Program-made: the position numbers and the translations under genes
Notes under the pieces: generated by a model
What the model was told of the DNA's origin: nothing
The model's database searches: none
The model's input: the letters and a program-made list of their open reading frames with translations, nothing else
Part shown: positions 9,324 to 17,860 of the stretch, one piece after another
How positions within the stretch are numbered: position 1 is the first letter of the stretch
Layout of the letters: every line of letters begins with the position of its first letter
DNA from: a virus
Virus record (IMG/VR): IMGVR_UViG_3300046657_000006
Coordinates: 1 to 64,000 of that record
Length of the DNA: 64,000 nucleotides
Direction: 5' to 3' (one strand)

Positions 9324-9771
9324 CTGTTTTCCCTTTCTTCGGTTGTTTCATCTCGTAATAAAGATCGGACGGGATAACCACAATTTCCGCAAACTCCGCG
9401 AGAAACTTTGCCGCTCGATCTAGGTATTCGGAAAACTCTTTTGTGTCCATGAATCGAGAGTCGGGAATCATCTCGTCAATAACTTCGCCCGTCTGCTTGT
9501 TGACTATCGGCGTCGTACCGAGAACATGCTTCTTTAGAGCCTCGTGCGCTTGTTCCTTGCTTATCCACGGCTCCCCGCTGGCTTCGCGTAACCACTCAGT
9601 CCATCCCTGAATGTAGGCTGTCCAGTAGTAAGCGTTCTGATCGAGGCTGCGAGTCTTTTTGTGCGGCTTGATAAGTACGTCATACAACCCTGCCGGAAGC
9701 GTGCCGATAAACCGCATCAGCTTGTGCTTCTGATCAGTTGAAGCAAGGTTGATTACTAGAGCGTCTTTCAC
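9289..9771 (-). CDS. NinB/Orf-like recombination protein
   Basis: KTRSLDQNAYYW, HEALK and MDTKEFSEYLD motifs. Confidence 0.7.
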   Translation of the reverse strand: MKDALVINLASTDQKHKLMRFIGTLPAGLYDVLIKPHKKTRSLDQNAYYWTAYIQGWTEWLREASGEPWISKEQAHEALKKHVLGTTPIVNKQTGEVIDEMIPDSRFMDTKEFSEYLDRAAKFLAEFAEIVVIPSDLYYEMKQPKKGKTGGTVTDIRQAR

Positions 9772-10010
9772 GTCACGTCGTCTCTTCGTTGCGAACAGTA
9801 AGGACACGGCTCTCGTGAATTCAATCCTCCGCCGCCTTCGTTAACCAAGTCCCCGTGAACTTCTATTGTGTAACCTTCATTCTTGCAGTAGTCGCACCAT
9901 CGATTCGGGTTCAACCAACAGCGCGGTTCGTGTTTCGCAACTGTCGGCTCAGTGGCCGCAAAACGGCAGAAGTCGCACTTGAATCTTGGCTTGGATTTGA
10001 CCGCTCTCAT
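9768..10010 (-). CDS. Zn-finger protein
   Basis: CDFC...HEPRC, CDYC and CPYC motifs. Confidence 0.55.
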   Translation of the reverse strand: MRAVKSKPRFKCDFCRFAATEPTVAKHEPRCWLNPNRWCDYCKNEGYTIEVHGDLVNEGGGGLNSREPCPYCSQRRDDVT

Positions 10011-10098
10011 TTGTTCCCTTTGCTGAATTGGGCGGCGCGGCTAGACTGTCAAACGGATTTGCCGAACACGTCTGCCCCTTTGTCGCTACCGCCCAAAC

Positions 10099-10254
10099 TT
10101 ATTTCTTCTCCTTCTTGCTTGCCTCGATGTGCTTCTCAGCTGCGATAACCATTTCCGCGCTCACCGTGCGCCGATTACTTGCGGCCAGCTTCTTGATGCC
10201 CCTGAAGACTTCGGGCGGGAAGTAGATGTGCGTATCCTTGAATTCTTGTTTCAT
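10099..10254 (-). CDS. Arc-like ribbon-helix-helix regulator (51 aa, below the ORF-track cutoff)
   Basis: Manual translation: MKQEFKDTHIYFPPEVFRGIKKLAASNRRTVSAEMVIAAEKHIEASKKEKK*. Confidence 0.75.
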   Translation of the reverse strand: MKQEFKDTHIYFPPEVFRGIKKLAASNRRTVSAEMVIAAEKHIEASKKEKK

Positions 10255-10262
10255 GGGAGAAG

Positions 10263-10300
10263 AAGGTACTACGATAGGATAAGGCTGTCAACAACTATTT
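10263..10300 (-). promoter_or_regulatory. Sigma70-type promoter (leaderless)
   Basis: AAATAGTTG-TTGACA-N17-TACCTT, 8 nt before the ATG at 10254; near-identical to the promoter at 16644-16682. Confidence 0.7.
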
Positions 10301-10818
10301 CTTCCGTTTCCACCGCCTTGGCCATTTTGTTTTCAACTTCGGAATTATGCGTTCCTTCCGAACTGTCAACAATTCGCTTGAACGGTTATTCTTGTCCTGA
10401 TCTTTCTCTTTCTGAGTTTCAGTTTTACTGATTAACTTTTTGTAGAAGCTCTTCATAAATCACCACCAAGGAGACTCGGTTGGCAGACGGATACCTTCCC
10501 CTCGGTATCCGCTTAATCACCACCAAGTATGACTTCGGAGGCTTTGACGTACAGGTTCTTCTTGATCTAGTAACTCACCGATATTTTGTGAGTCGGGTGG
10601 ATTTTACGTGCCGTCAAGAAAGCGGGGCTGATTCAACCACGATCTAAAGTTGCGACTCCGTTCCCAGCGTCGGCTTAGAAATATGGTGATCGTAGCGAGA
10701 GAACCAGCTTCGTATACTGTAAGCTCTTCCCCCAACACGAACTGATTAGGATTGCTTCTTGGGTCGAAAAGGTCGAATAGGAAGGGAATCCATTGTTTCA
10801 AATATCTCAGTTAGAGAC

Positions 10819-10846
10819 ATTATAAACGGATTTTACTTGCAGTCAA
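10819..10846 (-). promoter_or_regulatory. Sigma70-type promoter
   Basis: TTGACT-N16-TATAAT. Confidence 0.6.
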
Positions 10847-11119
10847 TAAATTATTTTGGTAGGCTTCTGACCGTCCATCACGTGTCAGACATCTCAGTTG
10901 CAAAGCTGCCTCGGCTCCGGTCGGGGCAGTGGCGCGTTAGATGTCTTTCTTGGCCTAGCCCGACACGGTAGAGAGGTTTTTCCTCATCACCTATACTCTC
11001 CATGCAGCTTCTCTTCCTCCACGATCTTCCTCATAACTAAAGTCCACACAGGTAATGGACAGTCTTCAATGAGGTGGAGGGCGATTAGCAGTCGTTTAAG
11101 TAGTTTCATTCGTTCACTC

Positions 11120-11335
11120 CTAAAGTTCGTCGAATACTTTGCCGACTTCAATCATTGCGCCCATATAGCCAACGACAGTGCCCTTGAAAAACGCTTTCTT
11201 AGTCGCGTCAGGTTCCTCATCTTGGAGCTTTTGTTGTGCAGCATGGGATGTCCCCAGCGCACTATAAAGCTCACGCCGTAACGAAGCGATGAACGATTCC
11301 ACTTCTCGTTCGGCCTTCTTTGCAATTTTACTCAT
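11120..11335 (-). CDS. Hypothetical protein
   Basis: ORF track; overlaps the upstream gene. Confidence 0.55.
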   Translation of the reverse strand: MSKIAKKAEREVESFIASLRRELYSALGTSHAAQQKLQDEEPDATKKAFFKGTVVGYMGAMIEVGKVFDEL

Positions 11336-12002
11336 TGCTCTTCCCTTCCGCTCCTACTTGCTGAGGGGTTGTAACATCTAGTCCCTGTCTTTCACCAGCC
11401 GCGAACGATTCAGGGTCATGCTGCACAGAACTCGCGGTGCTAACGTCTGGGTTGTTGCTCGCTGCGCTCGACTTAGTAAGTTGAATAATTGCTGCGATTC
11501 CCATGCGAGCAGCGCGGCGTTGATTGTCCGTTGCGTCAAGGTCGTCAGCGATAGACGACAACGCTGCCAGTACGGGCTCGCTATCGTCGTACATGCTGAA
11601 CTGGTGCAACTGTTCTTCTGCGGCGAGGGCACGGCCTTCCATACTGTCGTAAACAAAGAACGCGTCGTTAATTGACCGGCACTCTTGAAAGGGCTTATAG
11701 CTTCGCATCGCGGTAGTTAAGGATTCGACGTTGCATTCAAGACGTTCGATCTCGCCGCGACTTTGTAGCGCTTGCTCCATCCATTCATCACGGGATACTT
11801 CGGCCTTTCGCAATTCCATCACCAACCCAAGTTCATTCCCGGATTTGATTCGACATGCCGACGTCGCGCCCGGGGTCTCGCCGAAATGATCTTGCGCCGC
11901 ACCGATGGTGGTGAAACTATCGCCGCAATGGAAGCACGTCCAACCGCCTTCGGGCATCATGTAAGTTTCGGCGACACTAAACTCCAAGTGGGCGTCAGTC
12001 AT
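11328..12002 (-). CDS. Hypothetical protein with C2H2-like finger and coiled coil
   Basis: WTCFHCGDSF...AQDHFG; the C-terminus reads through one copy of the 56-bp repeat. Confidence 0.6.
   Translation of the reverse strand: MTDAHLEFSVAETYMMPEGGWTCFHCGDSFTTIGAAQDHFGETPGATSACRIKSGNELGLVMELRKAEVSRDEWMEQALQSRGEIERLECNVESLTTAMRSYKPFQECRSINDAFFVYDSMEGRALAAEEQLHQFSMYDDSEPVLAALSSIADDLDATDNQRRAARMGIAAIIQLTKSSAASNNPDVSTASSVQHDPESFAAGERQGLDVTTPQQVGAEGKSNE
11418..11473. repeat. 56-bp two-box repeat, copy 1
   Basis: ATGCTGCACAGAACTC-N24-CTCGCTGCGCTCGACT. Confidence 0.85.
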
Positions 12003-12259
12003 TTGGAGTCTCCTTGACGAATGCGCCCCGCGATGTATCGGCCTCCAGATGAGTAGTAAGTCTCAGCAATCACCGCACACATCTCCCGCTCTGCCTTTAG
12101 CAGTTCATCCACTTGTGATTGGGTGTAGCAGCGAACTGCGGTTACAGTGCTAAGGTGTTCCCAAATCTGTTCCTTTGTCCCACGCTCATCTAAGAACGCC
12201 ATTTCTACGGCCTTGCGAACTGCATTGAGGCTTACCAATCTGTCGGTTCCGTTACTCAT
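11999..12259 (-). CDS. Hypothetical protein
   Basis: AEREMCAVIAE...IAGRIR motif common in phage proteins. Confidence 0.55.
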   Translation of the reverse strand: MSNGTDRLVSLNAVRKAVEMAFLDERGTKEQIWEHLSTVTAVRCYTQSQVDELLKAEREMCAVIAETYYSSGGRYIAGRIRQGDSK

Positions 12260-12579
12260 CCCTGTCGTCCTTTCATTTGATTGTCGTACTCAGCTAAGGC
12301 GCGATTCAGCCTATGAATTGAGTCCGGGTCGCCGCAGTCTTGCAGTAGTCGGTTGCGAGCGAACGTTGCCGCCTCTGCCAGCCTCTTACACACTGCAAAC
12401 AAGTCCCCGCCTTGAATTGCTAACTGATTTCGCTCGTCGGTCAGACGTTCGATCTCAGCCCTTTCCAGAGTAGGAGAATCGTCGCTGATGGAGAACACGG
12501 GTCGCGTGTAGGTCTCGCCTCCAACAAGTCTGCGTTCAGGTGAAGGCGGAATAGAACTCTTTGTTTTTGATTCACTCAT
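12256..12579 (-). CDS. Hypothetical protein
   Basis: ATG at 12579 after AAAGGA RBS. Confidence 0.55.
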   Translation of the reverse strand: MSESKTKSSIPPSPERRLVGGETYTRPVFSISDDSPTLERAEIERLTDERNQLAIQGGDLFAVCKRLAEAATFARNRLLQDCGDPDSIHRLNRALAEYDNQMKGRQG

Positions 12580-12599
12580 ATCAAGTCCTTTCAAAACCA
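12575..12599. repeat. 25-bp translation-start repeat (partner at 13358-13382)
   Basis: CTCATATCAA(G/A)TCCTTTCAAAACCA, 1 mismatch between copies. Confidence 0.85.
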
Positions 12600-12608
12600 A
12601 TTCGTTCA

Positions 12609-12664
12609 ATGCAGACAAGAACTCGCAACTTAATCGGGTTAGGAGTTACTCGCTGCGCTCGACT
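12609..12664. repeat. 56-bp two-box repeat, copy 2
   Basis: ATGCAGACAAGAACTC-N24-CTCGCTGCGCTCGACT. Confidence 0.85.
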
Positions 12665-13157
12665 CGGCAGGTTGAAGTGCGGCGCGGCAAATTGCTTCTG
12701 GCAGCGTTGCCGCTTGCGCCTCAACCTCATAGCCTCCGCTCATCCGAAACGAGGCGCTCCACGAAGTGTCCGGCATTCCGTAAACGTCGTTAGTTATACA
12801 GTCAGTGAGCCAGCCTAACTCGCGCATCTTTTCGATCACTTCCATTGCGGCGGCTATGTCGGTTGAGGGCGACCATTTCCTAAAGGTGCGGTCGTACAGA
12901 GCGTTCGCGCCGTAAGTGTACGGCTCACCTCTAAGCACGCCCATCTTGTAGTGAAGCATCCATGCCACATCCCTGCGGTCGTCACCTTCATCACGATCAC
13001 TGCGGACACGCTTCCACTGCATCACCCGCTCCGCAACGAGCGCGTCCAGTTCGCGCCCCGCCACACAAGGTTGTCCGTCCGCTTCGGCGGCTCGGAGAGT
13101 CTCGCCTGATTGAGTTGCGAGGTGTTGGTTCTCATCAACTTCATTTTCTTGTTTCAT
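12639..13157 (-). CDS. Phage ABA-sandwich-domain protein
   Basis: AGRELDALVAERVM...SPSTDIAAAMEVIEKM...TLPEAICRAAL. Confidence 0.75.
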   Translation of the reverse strand: MKQENEVDENQHLATQSGETLRAAEADGQPCVAGRELDALVAERVMQWKRVRSDRDEGDDRRDVAWMLHYKMGVLRGEPYTYGANALYDRTFRKWSPSTDIAAAMEVIEKMRELGWLTDCITNDVYGMPDTSWSASFRMSGGYEVEAQAATLPEAICRAALQPAESSAASNS

Positions 13158-13171
13158 ATCAAATCCTTTTT
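13125..13171. repeat. 47-bp RBS plus N-terminal coding repeat (partner at 13853-13899)
   Basis: Identical except ATG versus GTG; both copies encode MKQENEVDENQ. Confidence 0.9.
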
Positions 13172-13362
13172 ATCGGTGACGCCATGCTCATCATCCAGAA
13201 ATCCATGATCCACATCCAACGTGATTGCAGTTTCTTGAAATACCAACCGTAGGCCGCTTGGCGTTGCAATCGCTCCTGAACGACCACGGCGCGAAGCACG
13301 GCGTTTTCAACTTGCAGTCGCCTAATGTGGTTCAGGTAGTTAGTACGTTCGGTGTTGCTCAT
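13159..13362 (-). CDS. Hypothetical protein
   Basis: ATG at 13362 after AAAGGA RBS. Confidence 0.5.
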   Translation of the reverse strand: MSNTERTNYLNHIRRLQVENAVLRAVVVQERLQRQAAYGWYFKKLQSRWMWIMDFWMMSMASPIKRI

Positions 13363-13363
13363 A

Positions 13364-13885
13364 TCAAATCCTTTCAAAACCATCGGGCTCGGCTGTACCC
13401 GTCGAAGCGACGGAGTTGGTATCGGGCTTGGTGTCAACGAATTCCACTACTACCCCAAGCACGTCGAATAGCTCGGTAATCCTTTGCTCGCGCTCGCTTT
13501 CGTTCATCTGCGGGTTGTCGTTAACTTCCATTAACTCTTCGACCGCTCCGGCGTGCCTGTAGGCGTATAACCGCTCTTCGTCGGACACAATGAGATCGCC
13601 GAGCGACTCGGGCGCGACCACTTCTTCGACAAGTAGATCTTCCGGTGTATAGACGTTTCGAATTTGGTCAGAACGCAAGCCGCGTCGAATGCAGTCAAAT
13701 CCCAAACAGCACATCTTGCCGTCAGCGTCCCGCAGCAACATCGAGTTCCGTAGATCGCCTCTTAGCCACCTGTCACGCTCGATCACAAGAACGGGATGGG
13801 CAGCACTCAACTCTGAAGTGGGTTTCATCTCGGCACTTGGAACGGCTGAGGTTTGGTTCTCATCAACTTCATTTTCTTGTTTCAC
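13364..13885 (-). CDS. Hypothetical phage protein
   Basis: RWLRG...LLRDADGKMCCLG...LMEVND motif. Confidence 0.65.
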   Translation of the reverse strand: MKQENEVDENQTSAVPSAEMKPTSELSAAHPVLVIERDRWLRGDLRNSMLLRDADGKMCCLGFDCIRRGLRSDQIRNVYTPEDLLVEEVVAPESLGDLIVSDEERLYAYRHAGAVEELMEVNDNPQMNESEREQRITELFDVLGVVVEFVDTKPDTNSVASTGTAEPDGFERI

Positions 13886-13965
13886 ATCAAATCCTTTTTC
13901 TGTTTAATTGACAGACCCTCGCTAGTCAGTTGCGCGGCTCGGAGAGAAAAATCATTTCAAGGTTA

Positions 13966-14021
13966 ATGCTGCACAGAACTCACTATGGAGTCGGGCTAGA
14001 TACAGCTCGCTTCGCTCGTCT
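13966..14021. repeat. 56-bp two-box repeat, copy 3
   Basis: ATGCTGCACAGAACTC-N24-CTCGCTTCGCTCGTCT. Confidence 0.85.
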
Positions 14022-14034
14022 CGGTGCGCTGACG

Positions 14035-14505
14035 CTACCCCACCCAAACGTAGCCCTCATCCGGCACTTCGCCCTCGCGCTCACTGGCCTTGATTTCTGC
14101 AGCGCGAATCACGAGCACGTCGGGCTGTTTTTCGTAATCTTCAAGAGTCACGTACGACTTGAAAGTGTATTTCTCGTTCGGACGTTCAACGTACCTTCCG
14201 ATATAGCCGCGCTTAACGCCCTTGCCACTTATGAACGCCTCTGACTCAGGTATTTCCTTGCCCGTTTTCTTGTTGATATAAGCGTAGTCACAGCCTCGAT
14301 GGTAGCCCGTCAAGTCTTCGAGCGACTCGCTCTCGCTGATTGAGTAATCACTGCCACAACACGTGCAGGACACGCGATCAGGATTGTGCCCGAATCGGTT
14401 ATAGAAAATTGTTTTAGCTTCGGTTTCAGGGGCTTCGATATAAATCATCGCCCACTTTGCCTTCTGTCCGCCGCCGCTATGCATGTCCCAAAATTTCGTC
14501 CACAT
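14035..14505 (-). CDS. Hypothetical phage protein
   Basis: FWDMHSGG...IYIEA...RVSCTCCGSDY; GGAGAAAGG RBS. Confidence 0.65.
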   Translation of the reverse strand: MWTKFWDMHSGGGQKAKWAMIYIEAPETEAKTIFYNRFGHNPDRVSCTCCGSDYSISESESLEDLTGYHRGCDYAYINKKTGKEIPESEAFISGKGVKRGYIGRYVERPNEKYTFKSYVTLEDYEKQPDVLVIRAAEIKASEREGEVPDEGYVWVG

Positions 14506-14561
14506 AACCTTTCTCCAATCTGTCTTTCAAAATAAGAACCCGTGAATGCCACGGTGCACTC

Positions 14562-16194
14562 TCAGCCCAACAAGCGGGCGTTACGAATAATTGCTGCGGC
14601 CTCATAATCCCCCCGCATCAAACAATACAACTCCGCCCTCACTGAAATATGATAGCCTTCATCTGTCGTCCTCATGTGAATACGTGTGCGACTTTCTGAG
14701 GGGTCGAAGCGAGCGTGCGTTAATTGGGTTTCAAGGTTGATCATCACTTAATCTCCGCGTTCATCGGCACCTGTTCATTCTTACTTGTCATTGGCTATCT
14801 CGTTGCGGTGACGCTTAATAAACATGATAAGCGCATCGCCTGCCGCGCTAGTTTGATAACCCACGCCATTGCAGAATTCGCAACCGACCGGTGATGGCGT
14901 TTTAGACTGGCCGCTACCATTACAATTCCAGCACTTGTGGTCTAATTCGTCCATAATGGCTTCTACGTCAATTTCTATATTTGCGCCCATCATCCCTCCC
15001 TTATTCCTGCACCTCGTTACTATTCGTCATTCCAACATTGACATCCCGTTGGTTCGGCATAGCAGGATGAACAGACGCCAACAACTAATGACACAATTTG
15101 AGCGCGCTGCTTATTTGTCAGCAACGGAAACGTCTCCACTACCGTTTCCCAAAGCTCCGTGTATTCTCTGCTTGCTAGGTTGGCTCCAATTTGCTCAACT
15201 TCAATCATCGCTATCGCTCCTCCACCTTGAAACGTCGGAATGTGTCGATCACTGCGTCCGCGAAGTCGAGGCGTTGCCCGTTCGCAAAGTTCTCCCCTAT
15301 GTACCTCCTGTCGCGCCCTTCGTATAGACTCCAATCGCCATCGTCAATTACCCTCAAAACCGCTTCACGTAGTAGCGACTCCTCCGCTGTCAACTTCCCT
15401 TGCTTGGCGGGAGGTGCAGCGTTCCACGGTTCCGCTTTGTTACCGGTTCCGATTACCTTCCCTTGACTGTCCTGAACAACCCAATCGGCACCGTCTGGCA
15501 CAAAGACCCTGCCGCCCGCGCCCTCATTTGTCCCCGCACCGCTTACGACCCGCTCACCCTCTGCTCTTGCTATAGCTGCTTCCATATGCTCATTTGCTTT
15601 CGACATTGGAACTCCTTTTGGGCGCAATCGCTTCTAGCACGTGGTTAACTGGAACATAATTCAGTTTCATGTCGCGAATCGCTTCCACAACGCGTTGGTA
15701 TTCAAGTTCCACTGCGTAGTCTAGCTGCGCTTGAGTGTAAAGCTCATCGACTGCCTCCATATGCGACGAGGCGGAACGTGGCGACACTTTCGCGTCTAAG
15801 GGCGTACCGTGAAAGGTTCGATCAACGTCTTCCGTCACCGTGTCGTGAACCTCATCGGCTGCGCGAAGTGAACAATAGGAACCGTCGTCTTCGACGTGCT
15901 CGCAGAAGATATACCCTTGCGCCGCTTTGAACTCGTGTCGTTTCTGCATCGCTCTCATTGCTCCTTGCTGTCAGGCGTTACCTTTGTCAGACTGAATACG
16001 GCAACCTCTTGTACCGCGTTTTCATCGAGCGGCGTTATCGACATCAACTTATCCCACAGCGTTCGCAGTCCAGCCATGTCGGATGTAATCAAGATAAATT
16101 CGTTGCCATCTCGCCCTGTTGCCGCAAATCCCTTGTAGTAGGCTCCGCGCTCAACTTTGCCAATGGCTCGTTTAATCAGTTTCGGTCGATCCAT
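14562..16194 (-). CDS. Run of small hypothetical early genes (14562-14747, 14781-14993 with CxxCxGxG, about 15020-15208, about 15211-15606, 15590-15958, 15955-16194)
   Basis: Tightly coupled ORFs, several with GGAG/GGAGG RBS. No family recognised. Confidence 0.5.
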
Positions 16195-16241
16195 CTCTCT
16201 CCTTCATCCTCCTGTCGGTTTCCTAGTGGGGGGCTAGTTGG

Positions 16242-16637
16242 CTATCCGCGCAGCTCTTCGTTAATGAACTTGACCGCTTTCTCTTGGCCGTGCGTAATCC
16301 AGTCAAACTTGCCGTAAGATTCCACGGCCTTACGTAGATCGGCCTCATAATGGTCGCCACGAAACGAGTTGGCACCGAAGGCGATAACGTCTTGCGCAAG
16401 TAGTCCACGGTCAAACACAGCCACGTGGTAAGGCTCATCGAAAACGATTCCAATCATCTTTCCCTGCGCACCTTCGATCTCGTTCAGCTTGTCAATCAAT
16501 CGCGTTTTTGGTTTTGCAACTTCGCTGTCAACAAACTTCACGACGTAAAACCCCGCTCCGCTAACGCCGTTTCGGTGATACGCTACTTCTTCAATTTTAA
16601 TCATCACGTCCTCCTCAGTTGTTGCTCTAGTTGCCAT
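16242..16637 (-). CDS. First gene of the leftward early operon, hypothetical
   Basis: HRNGVSGAGFYVV...NSFRGDHYE motif; ATG 6 nt after the -10 box, with an alternative RBS-led start downstream. Confidence 0.65.
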   Translation of the reverse strand: MATRATTEEDVMIKIEEVAYHRNGVSGAGFYVVKFVDSEVAKPKTRLIDKLNEIEGAQGKMIGIVFDEPYHVAVFDRGLLAQDVIAFGANSFRGDHYEADLRKAVESYGKFDWITHGQEKAVKFINEELRG

Positions 16638-16643
16638 GTGCAG

Positions 16644-16716
16644 AAGGTAGCACGACCAGAAAGTAAATGTCAACAACTATTTTAACCTTGACGGTAAAAT
16701 CTTTTCAGCGTAGAGT
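16644..16716. promoter_or_regulatory. Back-to-back divergent promoters at the strand switch
   Basis: - strand TTGACA(16673-16668)-N18-TACCTT; + strand TTGACG(16688)-N17-TAGAGT(16711). Confidence 0.75.
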
Positions 16717-16724
16717 CTGCAAGC

Positions 16725-16913
16725 ATGGGAAGACCAAAACTGTCAGAAACAAAACAGCAAATAGCGGCACGGGTTGCTCCAAGCGTAAAAACGGCTATAG
16801 AGGCGATTGCGAGCAGCGAGCGGCGCACAGAGTCTCAAGTAATTGAAATGCTGCTTGAGCGGTCACTGAAAGCCAAAGCAAGACAGGAGAAAGCGTGGCG
16901 AGCAAGCTCCTAA
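16725..16913 (+). CDS. Ribbon-helix-helix transcriptional regulator
   Basis: GRPK...IAARV...AIEAIASSERRTESQVIEMLL. Confidence 0.7.
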   Translation: MGRPKLSETKQQIAARVAPSVKTAIEAIASSERRTESQVIEMLLERSLKAKARQEKAWRASS

Positions 16914-17329
16914 TCAGCGAAGAGCCGCTCCAAGTGTTGCCGAGCCTTGCCGTCTTAATCGGACTACCGGAGGCAATGGTACTTCAGCAACTTCATTACT
17001 GGCTAAAGAAGTCCAAACACGAACACGACGGTCGGGCGTGGGTTTACAACACTCTTGGAGAGTGGCAATCGCAGTTCCCTTTTTGGTCAGAGTCCGTGCT
17101 TCAAAGAACAATGAAGAGCCTTTCAGATCAAGGACTGGTTAGGGTTCACAAGTTCAATAAAGAGAATTGGGATCGCACCAATTGGTATACAATCGAGTAC
17201 GAGGCTGTGGATAACCTTGTGGAAAAGTCTGTGGAAATCTCCGAAACGTGTGACCGAAAACGAATCACGATAGCTACAAAAAGGCGTCTACGATCACGCG
17301 GATTTGCACTATCGAGGGTTCAGGAGTGA
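16895..17329 (+). CDS. Phage replication initiator, N-terminal winged-helix domain
   Basis: LLISEEPLQVLPSLAVLIGLPEAMVLQQLHYW...DGRAWVYNT...WQSQFPFWS...DRTNWYTI. Confidence 0.8.
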   Translation: MASKLLISEEPLQVLPSLAVLIGLPEAMVLQQLHYWLKKSKHEHDGRAWVYNTLGEWQSQFPFWSESVLQRTMKSLSDQGLVRVHKFNKENWDRTNWYTIEYEAVDNLVEKSVEISETCDRKRITIATKRRLRSRGFALSRVQE

Positions 17330-17379
17330 GCCTTCTCTTAAAGATCAGAGATTAACTATCAGAGAATAACAGTCAGAGA
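17206..17379. promoter_or_regulatory. Putative replication origin (DnaA boxes and iteron-like repeats)
   Basis: TGTGGATAA (consensus DnaA box, reverse strand), TGTGGAAAA and TGTGGAAAT at 12-bp period; TCAGAGA x3 at 14-bp period (17345, 17359, 17373). Confidence 0.6.
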
Positions 17380-17507
17380 GTTTCGTTCTCAAACGACTTC
17401 ATCTTGAAAAACAGATGAAGAGGTCAATCAAAAGCTCCTGAGATTAAAAACAGGGAGAGGACAAAATCTGGTGACAAGGCAAAGATACTCTGATAAAATC
17501 CTTGGTC

Positions 17508-17612
17508 ATGGACAAGTTCAGTAAATGCAAGCAGCATCCCGAGCGTGAAGCGGTTGTTGAAGGGGTGTGTCAAGAATGCTGGGACAGGGCGCTTTTGGTG
17601 GCGTGCAGTTAG
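17508..17612 (+). CDS. 34-aa Zn-binding microprotein
   Basis: MDKFSKCKQHPEREAVVEGVCQECWDRALLVACS*; GTGACA-N17-TAAAAT promoter 8 nt upstream. Confidence 0.5.
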   Translation: MDKFSKCKQHPEREAVVEGVCQECWDRALLVACS

Positions 17613-17628
17613 GTCGAGGTTAAAAACC

Positions 17629-17859
17629 ATGACAATCTTACTTGCAGGAGTTCTCGGCGGAAGTGGTTTGCTTTCCATCTTAATCACTCTTGTGGTCGTC
17701 CTGATAATCTGCGGGTTGATTTTCTGGGCGGTCAACAAACTAAGCGCAGCTTTTGGAATCCCTGAGCCAATCAAGGCGGTGATCATAGTAATATTGGTGA
17801 TTATCGTTGTATTGCTTTTGCTGGGACTTTTGACTGGTGCTGTACCGATGAGGCTGTGA
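17629..17859 (+). CDS. Small two-TM membrane protein
   Basis: Two hydrophobic helices joined by IPEPIK; GAGG RBS. Confidence 0.7.
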   Translation: MTILLAGVLGGSGLLSILITLVVVLIICGLIFWAVNKLSAAFGIPEPIKAVIIVILVIIVVLLLLGLLTGAVPMRL

Positions 17860-17860
17860 A

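Noticed and set aside
11418-14021. CRISPR array or canonical integron attC array
   Set aside because: Repeats are 0.7-1.4 kb apart with whole genes between them. There are no cas or intI genes, and the copies lack consistent RYYYAAC/GTTRRRY ends and full-length dyad symmetry.
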